A DNA stretch of 64,000 nt from an uncultured Lachnospiraceae bacterium (GCA_902798585.1 CADBXF010000005.1:82824-146823), one strand, 5' to 3'. Shown: positions 27,247-38,316, numbered from the stretch's first letter. Program-made: numbers and translations. Notes: generated by a model not told the origin, from the sequence alone.

Positions 27247-28947
27247 CTAATTGTTCAGCCTGTGGTGAACGGTCGGGCTGTCCGGTTGTAACGGCAGGAA
27301 GGTATAGCCGTTCTCAAGTCCCCACTTGATAATCTGCTCCACGGCGTCGACCGAAAACGCCTTGATGTCGTGCTGAAGCACGATGGAGATGTTGTAATGC
27401 TGGATGCCGCGAATCACATTGTTCGCGACTTCCGCAGCCGAAGTCGCCCCGTCGGAATCGCCGCTTTGTACATTCCAGTCAAAATACTGGAACCCGGCAT
27501 CCGTAAGGTCGTTCGTAAGCTGTGTCATCAGACCGACACAGTAGCCGCGGCTGACCGCGTTCGAGCTTCCGCCCGGGAACCGGAGAATGGTTGTCCGGCT
27601 GCCGGTCTGCTCCTCGATGATATCGTTCATCGCGTTGAGGTCGTCAAGGTACGCCTGACGGCTTTTGTAGATAACGGGATAATCGTGACAGTAGGTGTGA
27701 ATCGCCACGGTGTGGCCTTCCTCCGCCTCCCGTTTGATCAGATTCTGCCATCCCGGGAACTGATTTGTCACGAAAAATGTAACCTTCACATCGTATTTGG
27801 CAAGAATGTCCAGCAGATGCTCCGTGTAAACGCACGGCCCGTCGTCAAAGGTGAGGTACACTACCTTGCCCTCCGGTTTGACGGTCTCCGGCTGCTCGCG
27901 CGGAACAACCGAAACAATCCGCTTCGCAACGGCTTCGTAACCGTCGCTGTCCGTCACGCGGTAGGTGTACTCATAATCACCGGCCGTAAAATTGTCAATC
28001 TCACCCTCCACGGCAACCTGCTCCGTGAGGTCTCCGTCAGCATGGTCGACGGCGGTAAAGCCCGGTTCGTGAAACCGTTCGCCCATGAAAACGGTGACAT
28101 GCTCTCCCTCCTTGAGCGTAATCTCCGGCGTCTCCAGATCCTTCCGAACCACAATCCGGGTGGCCCAGCCGACATTCCCGTGAGAATCCGCAACCTCATA
28201 CGAAATGATGGTTTCCGCCTCCGTCGCCCCGGGCATCGTCTTCACGGTGACCGCTGAGGTGACATCCCCGTCGCAGTCATCCGATGCGGAGTAGCCCGGC
28301 TCCTCATATTCCCTGCGAATGTCGACATAAGTGACCGTGCCGCCCTCGAGCTTCACAACCGGCGGCGTGCGGTCGTCATAGAGAATCTCACGCTTTGCAT
28401 GTGCCGTGTTTCCGGCGCTGTCCGAGACGGTGTAATACACAAACCCGTCGCCCGGAATCTCCGTCTTTACGCGGTCCGTCAAATCACCCTCGTACGAGTC
28501 GAAGGCCGTGTAGCCCTCCTCGCTGTATTCCCCACCGATCGGCGTATACGCGCCCTTCCGGTAGTGCAGTGTAATCTCGGGAGCCCTTGTGTCCGCAACC
28601 ACGACAAAACGAATTGCGGTCGATGTCTTCTTCCCGTCCGTCGCCGTATAACGGACCTCGTAGGTGCCGGGCTTCGCGGTGTCAACCTCCCCGGAGATTT
28701 CCACGGCAAGCGGCTTTCTTTCAAACAATGCAATCCGGCGGCTGCCGTAATAAGCCTCCGCCCCTTCCTCTTCATATGTCGAGCCGACCTCGACAACAAC
28801 GCTCTCCCCCCCGTGAAGCGTCACCCAGACGCCCCATTTTCCGAAGAGGAGCAAGGCAATTCCCCCGAGCACCGCAAGAATCAGCAGCCCCGAAAAAACC
28901 ACCACCGTCAACCGAAGAGCGCGTTTTGTGCGCCTCGATAATTTCAT
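27247..28947 (-). CDS. polysaccharide deacetylase (NodB homology) with N-terminal anchor and repeated Ig-like (DUF5011-type) domains
   Basis: C-terminal VVYLTFDDGPCVYTEHLLDILAKYDVKVTFFV plus HTYCHD. Upstream repeats carry the pattern G[YF][ST]A.D..[DE]GDLT..V. Confidence 0.85.
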   Translation of the reverse strand: MKLSRRTKRALRLTVVVFSGLLILAVLGGIALLLFGKWGVWVTLHGGESVVVEVGSTYEEEGAEAYYGSRRIALFERKPLAVEISGEVDTAKPGTYEVRYTATDGKKTSTAIRFVVVADTRAPEITLHYRKGAYTPIGGEYSEEGYTAFDSYEGDLTDRVKTEIPGDGFVYYTVSDSAGNTAHAKREILYDDRTPPVVKLEGGTVTYVDIRREYEEPGYSASDDCDGDVTSAVTVKTMPGATEAETIISYEVADSHGNVGWATRIVVRKDLETPEITLKEGEHVTVFMGERFHEPGFTAVDHADGDLTEQVAVEGEIDNFTAGDYEYTYRVTDSDGYEAVAKRIVSVVPREQPETVKPEGKVVYLTFDDGPCVYTEHLLDILAKYDVKVTFFVTNQFPGWQNLIKREAEEGHTVAIHTYCHDYPVIYKSRQAYLDDLNAMNDIIEEQTGSRTTILRFPGGSSNAVSRGYCVGLMTQLTNDLTDAGFQYFDWNVQSGDSDGATSAAEVANNVIRGIQHYNISIVLQHDIKAFSVDAVEQIIKWGLENGYTFLPLQPDSPTVHHRLNN

Positions 28948-29058
28948 AATTCACCCTTTCCGACGATATTCCGACGGATTTTTCGAACAGTCAGGGGCGA
29001 TGCTGCATAGATTGCCGCAACGCCCCATTCGTCACACTCTCTATTCTGCTGACGCCCT

Positions 29059-31419
29059 TTACTTCACAACCGGGTTCGTCCAATACTCTTTGTTGTACAT
29101 ATCCGTGAAGCGGTATGTAATCGTTGCCTTCTGATCGGTGATTACCACATCGCTTACCGTAAGCCTGCCGCTTACCGTGAGCTGCTCGCCGAGCTTGTAG
29201 CTGTCCTGATACTCGCCGTTGTAGTTGTAGTAATCGCACAGAAAATCAATCTTGTCGCCGCTCTGGATCCCCAATTCCTTCGCGTCCGGATCGCTTGCGC
29301 CGACGCCCTTTGCAACCGTGTCAGTCTCGTTGCCGACATAATCCGCGGTAGCGCCGATGATGCTGCCCTTCGAATTCGCGTCGAAGACTACCTGCAGTCT
29401 TACGCGCTCACCGTTGAGCAACGCCGGGATGTAACCGTAGTAAATATACTCGCCGGTCTCGGAATCCTTCAGAGTATCCGTGTGATAATAGGCAACCAGC
29501 TGGTTGTTGACCGCAATCCATGTCTTCTCCATGTCCGCAGTCAGAACACCGTTTTTATATTCGAACAGTTCGTCAAGACCGAGGTCGATAAAGCCCTGTC
29601 CGTCATCGAGGAACATGTTCTTGTCAACGCTGTGAATTATCGACCACTGTTCCGCCGAAATCGGCATCGTGTACACGCCGTTGTCGGCAGACCATACAAG
29701 CTTCGAAGCATCCAGATAGTTCTGCGAATAGTACTGCACCGCGGACGCCTGATCGAACTCCTGCATAAAGCCGGTGTTCGAGCTGTCGAGACCTTCGATG
29801 CTTCTGCCGCCGCCGAGGAAGCTTCCGAGAAGCGAGCCGATGAGGTCGACGCTTCCGTTCGAACCGCCGGTTCCGCCGCCACCGAGCAGCGTTCCGAGAA
29901 GGGATGCGCCCGTCGTGGTACCGCCTGCAGCCACCTGACCGCCGGTCTCAAGGCTTGCGAACTTGCGGATGCATTTTGCATATTCGCTGTCCATTCCGAT
30001 GGCGTCGTAGGTCTTGCATGCGCTGTCAACCTTGCCCGTCGTGTTGTACGGGAAATAAATCGAAACGCCGTAGCACTTGTCAAGGTTGGTCGAATGACGG
30101 TTGTATTTGACGGCGCCCTGAATCACATCGGACAGAGCCTTGCCTTCCTTCGTTCCGACGCGGATTGCAAGGTCGCACAAATCAACCTGATCGATTCTCG
30201 TATTGACCGCGAACTCGCGCGTTCCGTTGCGCGCTTCCGAGATCTCTTTGTATTCGTTTTTCGTGAGCTTGATGCTGACGGATTTCGCAAAATCATTCAG
30301 CTTCTCAGGCACGGTGTAAGCAAACTCCGCGAGGTCGATAACCGAAAGCGTGGTCTTCTGACCGTTGCAGCGGCGCTTGCACTCCGAAACGAAATCATCG
30401 ACAATCATCTTGCCGACATCGATGGTCTTCATGGATGTGTTCGATGCGAACTCCGTGAGCCATCTGGTGTAATACCAGCCGATGCCGGGCTCCGTCTCCT
30501 CGGACGCAATCAGATAGTCCGCGTAGGAGTCGAGCATCAGAGCGGTCTCCGCCGTCGCCATGAGGCAGGCGTCGAAACCGATAAAGTCAAATTTTGTTCC
30601 GGCGCTCTTAAGCGCGTTGTTGAGCCCCGCAAGGTTCATGGAACCGCTGTTCTTGTTCTTCTCGTCGTAGCCGTAGCCGCTGACCGATCCGCCGCCGTGG
30701 TCCCACAAAATCAACTCATAGCGGTCCGCCGGGAAGGAGCTGACGCCGTACTTGATAAAGCTCGCAAGCGTCGAGGGATCCGTCATCGCACCCTTGCCAG
30801 CATTTTCATTCAGGCATTGCAGCCCTCCGCTCTTCACCTGATAAATCTGGTTCACGGAATTGCTGATGGCGCTCGTCTTCCACTTGGAGCAGCCGCCCGT
30901 GTACACAATGATGTTCACATTGCTTCCGAGGTTGGCCTTCGCCATCTCCTGCAGGTCGTTCGTGGCCATTCCGTGCTTCGACTCAAGGTCCGTACCGCAC
31001 ATGTACACGAGGATGGTGACAACATCCTTACCGTTGCCCTTGATGGTTGTATATTTGGCGCGGGCGCCCTTCACAACGCTGTTGTCGGGCTGCGTCTCAG
31101 CCGTCTGCTGCGGCCCGTTGGGCTCCGGCTCGGGCTCGGTTGTCGTTGTTCCGCCGAGCTTGCTTCCGAAAATCATATACACCACAATGGCGAGAATCGA
31201 CAAAATGCTGATGCCGCCGGCGCGCGTTGCCAGCGGATGGCTTCCGCCCGAGCTGCCCTCATGGGAGTCGCCGAGCGACACGGAGCCTCTGCGGCGTCTG
31301 CCCGAGTATCCGTCCTGCGATCCGACCGGCCCGGTGCCGAGTCCTTCGCCTCTTCTGTGCGCTCCGTCAACGGAGCCGGTTACATTTTTCCGTCTTCCGG
31401 ACTGTCTGTTATCGTCCAT
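29059..31419 (-). CDS. clostripain-family (C11) cysteine peptidase, type II membrane-anchored
   Basis: ILVYMCGTDLES, catalytic His region ILWDHGGG, catalytic Cys region FIGFDACLMA. Gly/Arg/Ser-rich cytoplasmic tail plus a TM segment. Start set at MDDNRQ (AGAGGGAAAT RBS). Confidence 0.85.
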   Translation of the reverse strand: MDDNRQSGRRKNVTGSVDGAHRRGEGLGTGPVGSQDGYSGRRRRGSVSLGDSHEGSSGGSHPLATRAGGISILSILAIVVYMIFGSKLGGTTTTEPEPEPNGPQQTAETQPDNSVVKGARAKYTTIKGNGKDVVTILVYMCGTDLESKHGMATNDLQEMAKANLGSNVNIIVYTGGCSKWKTSAISNSVNQIYQVKSGGLQCLNENAGKGAMTDPSTLASFIKYGVSSFPADRYELILWDHGGGSVSGYGYDEKNKNSGSMNLAGLNNALKSAGTKFDFIGFDACLMATAETALMLDSYADYLIASEETEPGIGWYYTRWLTEFASNTSMKTIDVGKMIVDDFVSECKRRCNGQKTTLSVIDLAEFAYTVPEKLNDFAKSVSIKLTKNEYKEISEARNGTREFAVNTRIDQVDLCDLAIRVGTKEGKALSDVIQGAVKYNRHSTNLDKCYGVSIYFPYNTTGKVDSACKTYDAIGMDSEYAKCIRKFASLETGGQVAAGGTTTGASLLGTLLGGGGTGGSNGSVDLIGSLLGSFLGGGRSIEGLDSSNTGFMQEFDQASAVQYYSQNYLDASKLVWSADNGVYTMPISAEQWSIIHSVDKNMFLDDGQGFIDLGLDELFEYKNGVLTADMEKTWIAVNNQLVAYYHTDTLKDSETGEYIYYGYIPALLNGERVRLQVVFDANSKGSIIGATADYVGNETDTVAKGVGASDPDAKELGIQSGDKIDFLCDYYNYNGEYQDSYKLGEQLTVSGRLTVSDVVITDQKATITYRFTDMYNKEYWTNPVVK

Positions 31420-31503
31420 ATTTCCCTCTTTCTCCGGTGCACCTCTGCCCCGGTCTGAACTCGCGGTTGCAATCCGCCGCACCACCCCGGTCTGTCCGGC
31501 CCG

Positions 31504-32718
31504 TCAGTGGTTCATGCGCCACTCGATGCAGCGCTCCAGATAGTGCAGGTAGTCGGGATTCTTACAGATTCCCTTTCCCTTGACATCCGAGAGCTTTGCC
31601 ACATCCATGCCGTTGCACGCCGTCGTCTTCATGACGATGTTAAGCGGCTCGGCAAATGTATCGTTGGAGATGTATGTTCCGATTCCGAACGCCACCTTCG
31701 CTTTTCCCTTGAAGTAACGCAGAATCTCCGTCGCCCGCGCAAAATCCAGGCTGTCGCTGAACAGAAGCGTCTTCTGCGTCGCGTCGATTCCGAGCTCTTT
31801 GTAATGAGCCAGAATCTTGTCGCCCCATTCGAACGGCGAGCCGCTGTCGTGGCGAACACCGCTGAAGAGCGTCGAATATGTCAACTGAAAATCCTTCAAA
31901 AAGCAGTCGGTTGTGATTGTGTCCGTGAGAGCGGTTCCGTTCAACACGCCGTACTCCTTCACCCACGCATCCAGCGCATACCAGTTGGAGTACGCCGGAT
32001 TGTGCTTGTGGTTGCCCTGACCGACGCACATAATCCACTCGTGCGCCATGGTGCCGACCGGCGTCACGCCGTATTTCTTCGCAAGGAACACATTCGAAGT
32101 ACCGACAAACTTCGACCCCGGAATCTCCTCCTGAGAGAGACGCTCAATCGCCAGATCCTCCGCCTCGGCGCACAGTCTTCTGCGCAGACCGAACTCGGAA
32201 AATGCACTCAGCTCGTACTCCCCGGTCTTCAGCTTCGCAATCTTATCCTCGAGGCGCTGGGTAAAGCTTGCCATGAGCTCCTCATGGTCGTAGCGCATCT
32301 GAAAATACACTTCGTTGACAATCGCCAGGAGCGGAATCTCATACATCGATGTGTTGAGCCAGGTTCCTCTCGTCTCGATTGTCAATCCGCAGGGATCGTC
32401 CGTGCCGAACGAAAAGTCCGCGAACCTCGGCTTCCAGAGCCGCAGGAAATCGACATACGAGCCCTTAATCCACTTGATGTTCTCAAGATACTCCAGCTCA
32501 TCCTCGCTGAACCGCAGGTCGCAGTACATCTTAATCTGACGCTTAATCTCCTCCACCATCTCCGGCGTAAAGAAAACATCCGTATTCCGGCAATGGAACG
32601 ACCAAGTCGTCTTGTAGTCGCTGAACTGATGGTAGATTCCCTGTCCCATGGAGAACTTGTAAGCATCGGTCTCCAACAGGCTGTTTACGATTTGTTCCAA
32701 ATGTGTTACCTCCGTCAC
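31504..32718 (-). CDS. pncB: nicotinate phosphoribosyltransferase
   Basis: 404 aa. N-terminal ETDAYKFSMGQ motif and a length matching PncB-type NAPRTase. Confidence 0.88.
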   Translation of the reverse strand: MTEVTHLEQIVNSLLETDAYKFSMGQGIYHQFSDYKTTWSFHCRNTDVFFTPEMVEEIKRQIKMYCDLRFSEDELEYLENIKWIKGSYVDFLRLWKPRFADFSFGTDDPCGLTIETRGTWLNTSMYEIPLLAIVNEVYFQMRYDHEELMASFTQRLEDKIAKLKTGEYELSAFSEFGLRRRLCAEAEDLAIERLSQEEIPGSKFVGTSNVFLAKKYGVTPVGTMAHEWIMCVGQGNHKHNPAYSNWYALDAWVKEYGVLNGTALTDTITTDCFLKDFQLTYSTLFSGVRHDSGSPFEWGDKILAHYKELGIDATQKTLLFSDSLDFARATEILRYFKGKAKVAFGIGTYISNDTFAEPLNIVMKTTACNGMDVAKLSDVKGKGICKNPDYLHYLERCIEWRMNH

Positions 32719-33072
32719 CCTTCAAATCGCGGAATTCTCCGCGAATCGTCCGGCATCACCTGCCGGATACCCATACTGCATTTATTATATCGCGATTTCG
32801 CTCCGCTTGCAATGCTTTTCGACGAAGAAAGCGCCCGCGCATTGTCTGCGCGGACGCTTCCGCATGTTCCTGCTCTGCCGCAGGACCGTCTTCATTTTTC
32901 CTTTTATAACGCCAAGTCTCTGTCAAACGAGCTCGCACAAAGAGCTCCTTCAGATTCCCAAACGGCGCCGCGCCCGGGATCGCTGCGCCCGCAGAAAGCG
33001 GGCGCACGCGGAAATCCGTTCCCCACACAACAGCTGCTGTTGTCAATTCATTTTCGTCAAATTTGCTCTCGC

Positions 33073-35205
33073 TTACCGCACAATCCGGTAGTAGGTGCGC
33101 GCCGTCATGCGGTAGATTATCATGTAGATGAAGGCAAATGCCACCACCGTGCACGCCGTACACAAAAGGAACAGCGTGTCATTGGGCATCATCAGAAGCA
33201 TGAGAAGCTTGCGGATGACCGGATACGCAACGACCATGTGAATCACCGCCGTGACAAGGGGCAGGAAGAATACAATCACAATCTGACGGCCGATGGTAGC
33301 CTTTGTCTCCTTCTGTGTCATACCGACCTTCTGCAGAATCTGGAATCTGCCGCGGTCGTCATAACCTTCGGAAATCTGCTTGTAGTATATAATCAGAGCC
33401 GTGGCAAAGAGGAATACCATGCTTAAGAGGATTCCGAGGAAGAACAGCGATCCGTACATGCCGAGGAACTCGTCCCTGAGCTCCCATGATGTCTCCCATG
33501 TGGAAGCTTCGTAGTGTTCACCGGTTTCCGGTGTATCCAGTTTCTTCACATAATCATCTACAAGTTCCTTGAACTCATAATACGACTGTCTGCGACCGTC
33601 GGTCACCCCGTCGCGGGTCGCCATCCCGCTCACGCCCTTCAGTTTCACATAATACCGATAATTCGTCCGCAAATAATACCAGCCGTGATTTTCCTCCGGG
33701 CGGTACAAATCGTTCACGATACCGTCGATGTCATCCATGGTCGGGGTGACAAGTCCGTAGTATCCGGTGGAAATCGCCTCGCTTCTCATGATCGGGATAT
33801 GTTTTACCTCAGGTCCGAGTGTATATGCCTTTCCGCCGAAGCTGATTTCCGACGGCAGCTCTTTGGTGAGATCTCCCGCCTCCTCCGAAAGAGCAACCCA
33901 GCCGATTTCATTTTCCTTCAGCTCGAGGTCATCCTTACAGAGCCGGTTATAGTCCTCCAACGGGATAATCACGACCTCGATGGTCCCCTTCGGCGGCGTC
34001 GTTAGACTTGAACTCATCTTTACAACAGACGCCTGTCCGTCGGTAAAGCAAAGGGGTTCCGAGAAAAAGCGGAGCAGCTGAAAGGATTCCACCTCGGCGC
34101 CGCATTTTCCGACAATCTGCTCCGTCATTTTCCGAAGCTCCTCCTCCGGGATATAACCCGAGCGGCGCTCCGTTGCATGCTCGCTGTCCGTCGACTCCTC
34201 GTCCCAGAGATACAGTCCGCCGACAAACATGTCCGCCTCGCCCTCAAGGAAGTATTTTTTGACGGTGGCTTCGGTTCCCACATACAGACAAACGGTGGTG
34301 GAAATCATGACAATAACGCCGGTTGCAAGAATTGCGATAGATGCAAGTCCGACGGCGTTCTGCTTCATACGATACAGAAGATCCGACACTGCAATCATGT
34401 TCTTTTTGCGGTAGTAGAACCCTTTGTTTCTGCGCAAAAGCTTGAGAAACGCGATGCTGCCTGCAAGGAACAGGGCGTAGGTTCCGATGATAACCAGAAT
34501 GACGGCCTTGAAGAAATCCGGGATTGCCTTGAGCGGCGATTTCGTGGTGAGAGCAATCGTATAGCCCGCGCCGAGCGTAACCAGGCCGATGAGCAGCATG
34601 ATCCACTTGGTCTTCGGCTCCTTCTCGCCGGCTCCGGCGCTCGCAAGAAGCTCCACCGGGCGGAGTCTTACCAGCCGGATGCAGTTCCATAAGAAAGCCA
34701 CGAGATACATCGCGGCAAATGCGCCCACAGTCTTCAGTACATACTCTGCCTCCATGTAGAAGCCGAGGATCGTCTCGACGCGAAGCATCTTGCAGATGAA
34801 CAGGCAGCACAGCTTATACATCAGCATGCCGGCCAGGATGCCCGCCACCAGCAGGATGCCGGTGGAGATCAGGTTTTCGAAAAGCATGATCATTCCGACG
34901 TGCCGCTTCTCCATGCCGAGCACATTGTACATTCCGTACTCGCGGGTGCGCTGTTTCATCAGAAAGCTGTTCGTAAACAGTACAAGGATCACCGAAAGAA
35001 TTGCGACCACCACGAGACCGATGGCCATGATGGACGGAATCGCATATCCGCCCTTAATCTTCCTGAGGCGATCGTCGTTGGCAAGGGTCAGCATGACATA
35101 GAAAATCGCCGTCAGGCCGGTTCCCGCCAGAATGTGCGGTACATACAGCTGGTGGCTCTTCTTGATGTTTGACCACGCCAGCCGCGAAAACAGTCCGAGT
35201 CTCAT
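33073..35205 (-). CDS. BceB-type ABC transporter permease (FtsX-like, large extracellular domain)
   Basis: 710 aa. Ten hydrophobic segments with an extracellular domain of about 220 aa in the middle. 4-nt overlap with the ATPase gene. Confidence 0.88.
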   Translation of the reverse strand: MRLGLFSRLAWSNIKKSHQLYVPHILAGTGLTAIFYVMLTLANDDRLRKIKGGYAIPSIMAIGLVVVAILSVILVLFTNSFLMKQRTREYGMYNVLGMEKRHVGMIMLFENLISTGILLVAGILAGMLMYKLCCLFICKMLRVETILGFYMEAEYVLKTVGAFAAMYLVAFLWNCIRLVRLRPVELLASAGAGEKEPKTKWIMLLIGLVTLGAGYTIALTTKSPLKAIPDFFKAVILVIIGTYALFLAGSIAFLKLLRRNKGFYYRKKNMIAVSDLLYRMKQNAVGLASIAILATGVIVMISTTVCLYVGTEATVKKYFLEGEADMFVGGLYLWDEESTDSEHATERRSGYIPEEELRKMTEQIVGKCGAEVESFQLLRFFSEPLCFTDGQASVVKMSSSLTTPPKGTIEVVIIPLEDYNRLCKDDLELKENEIGWVALSEEAGDLTKELPSEISFGGKAYTLGPEVKHIPIMRSEAISTGYYGLVTPTMDDIDGIVNDLYRPEENHGWYYLRTNYRYYVKLKGVSGMATRDGVTDGRRQSYYEFKELVDDYVKKLDTPETGEHYEASTWETSWELRDEFLGMYGSLFFLGILLSMVFLFATALIIYYKQISEGYDDRGRFQILQKVGMTQKETKATIGRQIVIVFFLPLVTAVIHMVVAYPVIRKLLMLLMMPNDTLFLLCTACTVVAFAFIYMIIYRMTARTYYRIVR

Positions 35206-35966
35206 CTCTGCTCACCACCTGTCGTCAGAAGTGTCAATGTGTCCGAAATCTTTTGATAGAGCTGCTCGTTGGTGCATTCGCCGCGATAGATCTTGTGGAA
35301 CACCTCGCCGTCGCGAATGAACAAAACGCGGGACGCATGGCTCGCGGCCTTCGTGGAGTGCGTAACCATGAGAATCGTCTGTCCCTGCGCGTTAATGTCA
35401 CGGAACACGCGCAGCAAATCGTCCGTTGATTTCGAATCGAGAGCGCCCGTGGGCTCGTCCGCCAGAATCAGCTTCGGGTTCGTAATCAGGGCTCTGGCCA
35501 CGGCCGTGCGCTGCTTTTGACCGCCGGACACCTCGTACGGGTATTTTGCGAGAAGCTCCGCGATTCCGAGTCTCTGTGCGATGGGCTGCAGCTTTCCCTC
35601 AAGCTCCGCGGGCTTTGCGCCGTTCAGCACCAAAGGCAGCAAAATGTTGTCACGGATGGAAAAGGTATCCAGCAGGTTGAACTCCTGGAACACGAAGCCG
35701 AGGTTTTCACGGCGGAATGTCGCCATGTCCGACTCCCGAATCGTCGACAGCTCCCTGCCCTCCAGCAGAACCTTGCCGGCCGTCGGCCGGTCCAAAGCCG
35801 CCAGAATGTTGAGAAGCGTCGTCTTGCCGGAGCCCGACTCGCCCATGATTGCCACATACTCCCCTTTCTCGACCGTAAAGGTCACATCGGAGAGCGCCTG
35901 CACCTTGTTGCCTCCGAATCTCGTCGTGTACACCTTCTGTAAACTTTTGACTTCCAAAATCGACAT
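35202..35966 (-). CDS. BceA-type ABC transporter ATP-binding protein
   Basis: MSILEVKSLQKVY..., Walker A GESGSGKTT, signature VSGGQKQR, Walker B LILADEPTG. Start at 35966 (GGAGGA RBS). Confidence 0.92.
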   Translation of the reverse strand: MSILEVKSLQKVYTTRFGGNKVQALSDVTFTVEKGEYVAIMGESGSGKTTLLNILAALDRPTAGKVLLEGRELSTIRESDMATFRRENLGFVFQEFNLLDTFSIRDNILLPLVLNGAKPAELEGKLQPIAQRLGIAELLAKYPYEVSGGQKQRTAVARALITNPKLILADEPTGALDSKSTDDLLRVFRDINAQGQTILMVTHSTKAASHASRVLFIRDGEVFHKIYRGECTNEQLYQKISDTLTLLTTGGEQR

Positions 35967-36292
35967 GTTTGTCTTATCCTCCGTTTCGCGGATGTGCTCC
36001 GCTTTTTGTCGTTCCTGTTGAGCGCCTTTCGGCGTCCCCCCCACACGAGGGAAGCGCCCTCGTCCGCATCACGGTCTCCCCCGATGTGTCCGCGTCCGTG
36101 TCCTCAGGCTTTGGCGGTCCCTTACCTCGTACTCTGCCAATCCTGCGGCTCAAAATGCCCCGTTCTGTTCGGGCCGTAAACGCACAAACACCGCCGCATG
36201 CAGCCGGGGTACCTCCCCGTGCTTACATTGGGCATTATACGCCCTGCGACGGTGTCATAACATCGATTTCGGTTACAATATGCGCAATCCGT

Positions 36293-36306
36293 GTGACATT
36301 TTTGTA
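36293..36306. promoter_or_regulatory. candidate BceR-type response-regulator box
   Basis: TGACA-TTTT-TGTAA fits the inverted-repeat consensus I recall for BceR-like regulators (TNACA-N4-TGTAA). A TATAAT (minus strand, 36239-36234) lies about 55 nt downstream in the direction of bceA. Confidence 0.45.
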
Positions 36307-36310
36307 AGGT

Positions 36311-37279
36311 CTACGGAACCTCGTCAAGGAGAGCGAAGCGGTAGCCGGCCTCCTCCAAAAGCGTCAGAACCGCGTCCAATTCGTCGGCGTTCTGCTGGCA
36401 GTCGTTGTGCATCAGCGCGACCGCACCGTTGTGGTGATATGTCGCAAAATGGTTGGTCACATACCCGGGCGCCGGCGGATTTTTCTTGTCGTAATCCCCG
36501 TATGCGATACTCCAGAACACCGTCCGGTATCCCGCATCGCGGATGAGCGTGAGCAGCCGCACCGTGTAGGAGCCCGACGGCGTGCGGAAGAACGGCGACA
36601 TCGTGTAGCCGGTCTCCTTGTAGAAATATTCCGCAACATCCATAATCTCCGAGACGATTTTCTCGACGGACATCGTGCGAAGGTCAGAGTGGGAAACCGT
36701 ATGGTTACATACCGCGTGGCCCTCCTCCTTCATGCGGACTGCGTAGTCCATGCATTTTTCGAGGTACATCTTCGTGACGAAGAAATTGGCATGCGCGTTA
36801 TGCTTCTTAAGCGTATCCAGAATCTTCTCCGTCAGGTTCGAAGGATATCCGCAGTCAAAGGTCAGATAGATGACCTTGTCGTCATCGGTCACGGATTTAT
36901 CCACATAGAATCCGCCGTAGTCCGCAATCGGCATGAACTCGCGCGTGCCGGACTGCGAGTGATCCTTGTAGCGTATAAACTGCCATGTCCGCTCCGAGGT
37001 GTTGTCAAGCGAATTGTAATAGTCGACTTTGGACAGCAGCTCGTCCCGCGTCGCCTCCATCTCCTGAAGCGGCGTCTGCGTCGGCGTAGGCGTCGGCGTG
37101 TCTGTAGGCGTAGGTGTCGGCGTGTCTGTAGGCGTCGGCGCTTCGGTTGCCGTCGGTGTGTTCGCAGGCGTCGGTGTTTCGGTCTCCGAGCCGCTCTTTC
37201 CGCATCCCGCAAGGAATGCCGCTGCGACCGTAATCATCACAATCGCAGACAATCGTTTTACTTCTTTTCCGTGTTTCAT
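36311..37279 (-). CDS. polysaccharide deacetylase family lipoprotein (PdaA-like) with PT-rich linker
   Basis: Lipobox AFLAGC|GKS, linker TPTPTDTPTPTPTDTPTPTPTQTP, then NodB domain IYLTFDCGY...NHTVSH. Confidence 0.88.
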   Translation of the reverse strand: MKHGKEVKRLSAIVMITVAAAFLAGCGKSGSETETPTPANTPTATEAPTPTDTPTPTPTDTPTPTPTQTPLQEMEATRDELLSKVDYYNSLDNTSERTWQFIRYKDHSQSGTREFMPIADYGGFYVDKSVTDDDKVIYLTFDCGYPSNLTEKILDTLKKHNAHANFFVTKMYLEKCMDYAVRMKEEGHAVCNHTVSHSDLRTMSVEKIVSEIMDVAEYFYKETGYTMSPFFRTPSGSYTVRLLTLIRDAGYRTVFWSIAYGDYDKKNPPAPGYVTNHFATYHHNGAVALMHNDCQQNADELDAVLTLLEEAGYRFALLDEVP

Positions 37280-37311
37280 GTTCCCCCGTATCCTTTCTTT
37301 GCGGTCTCCCG

Positions 37312-38316
37312 CTATTCCACCACAATCTCATCCTTATGCATGTTGATTGTAAATGTGCTTCCTTTTCCGACCTCCGATTCCACGGAAAGGCCGATTTGCA
37401 GTTTGTGCGCAATCATGCTGCACAGATAGAGCCCGAGTCCCGTCGAGCGCTCGCCGGACGCACTTCCGGAGAGCCGGCCGTTGAAGCCGGTGTAGCCTTT
37501 TTCGAAAATGCGCGGCACATCCTCCGGTGCGATACCGATGCCGGTGTCGCGCACAATCACCTTCGCATCCTCCGTCAGCGTGATGGTGACTCCGCCCTCA
37601 TAGGTGTATTTGACGGCGTTGGAGAGGAGCTGCTCGAGCAGGAAGGAAAACCATTTTCCGTCGGTCACAACCGTAACCTTGCTCGGGTTGTAGGAAAGCG
37701 TCAGTTTGCGGGCGATAAACTGCGGAGCAAACCGGCGAATCGACGCGCGCACGAGCTCGTCAAGGTCGCATTCGGTCACCATCAAATCGCTCGACCCCTC
37801 TCCGAGCCGGATATACCCGAGCGCCATGTCGACATAATTTTCCGTCCGGAACAACTCTGTCGCGATGGCTCGGTTCGTCGCCGTGTCCTCGCTCTTTACG
37901 AGCATCTGCATCACCGAGATCGGCGTCTTGATCTGATGAACCCAGGTCGTGTAGTAATCCCGGGCCTCCCGCCGCTCCGTGAAATTTTTCGCCGCAAGCG
38001 CATCGATACGGCTCCAAAGTTCCTCAATCAAAGCCGCATAGTCGCTTCCTTCCACACTGTCCTCCGGCGGCAGCTCACAGCGCTCGTACTGCGCCGACCT
38101 GATGCAATGCAGACGAAGGCGGTGTTTCCGAAGCTCATGCAGAAAATCCACGGTTCCGAGGACAAGTCCCCCCGCGACGCACAGCGTCACGGCGTACCCG
38201 ATTGCATCGAGCGGCATGTTGTGAAGCCAAAACACGAGAACGCATCCGAGAGTCACTCCGATGCCCCACAAAATCGGCCATCTCCGCTCCTTCAAAAACG
38301 CTTTGAAAAATGCCAT
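37312..38316 (-). CDS. BceS-type intramembrane-sensing histidine kinase
   Basis: Two N-terminal TM segments with a minimal loop, H-box WVHQIKTPIS, G-box GTGLGLYLC. Confidence 0.88.
   Translation of the reverse strand: MAFFKAFLKERRWPILWGIGVTLGCVLVFWLHNMPLDAIGYAVTLCVAGGLVLGTVDFLHELRKHRLRLHCIRSAQYERCELPPEDSVEGSDYAALIEELWSRIDALAAKNFTERREARDYYTTWVHQIKTPISVMQMLVKSEDTATNRAIATELFRTENYVDMALGYIRLGEGSSDLMVTECDLDELVRASIRRFAPQFIARKLTLSYNPSKVTVVTDGKWFSFLLEQLLSNAVKYTYEGGVTITLTEDAKVIVRDTGIGIAPEDVPRIFEKGYTGFNGRLSGSASGERSTGLGLYLCSMIAHKLQIGLSVESEVGKGSTFTINMHKDEIVVE

Noticed and set aside
32719-33072. Possible riboswitch or regulatory RNA in the 354-nt gap upstream of pncB
   Set aside because: I saw only generic GC-rich hairpins (for example GCGCCCGC-AGAAA-GCGGGCGC near 32985-33010). 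Nothing resembles a known NAD-related riboswitch or a NiaR/NrtR box that I can recognise by eye, so the evidence is insufficient.
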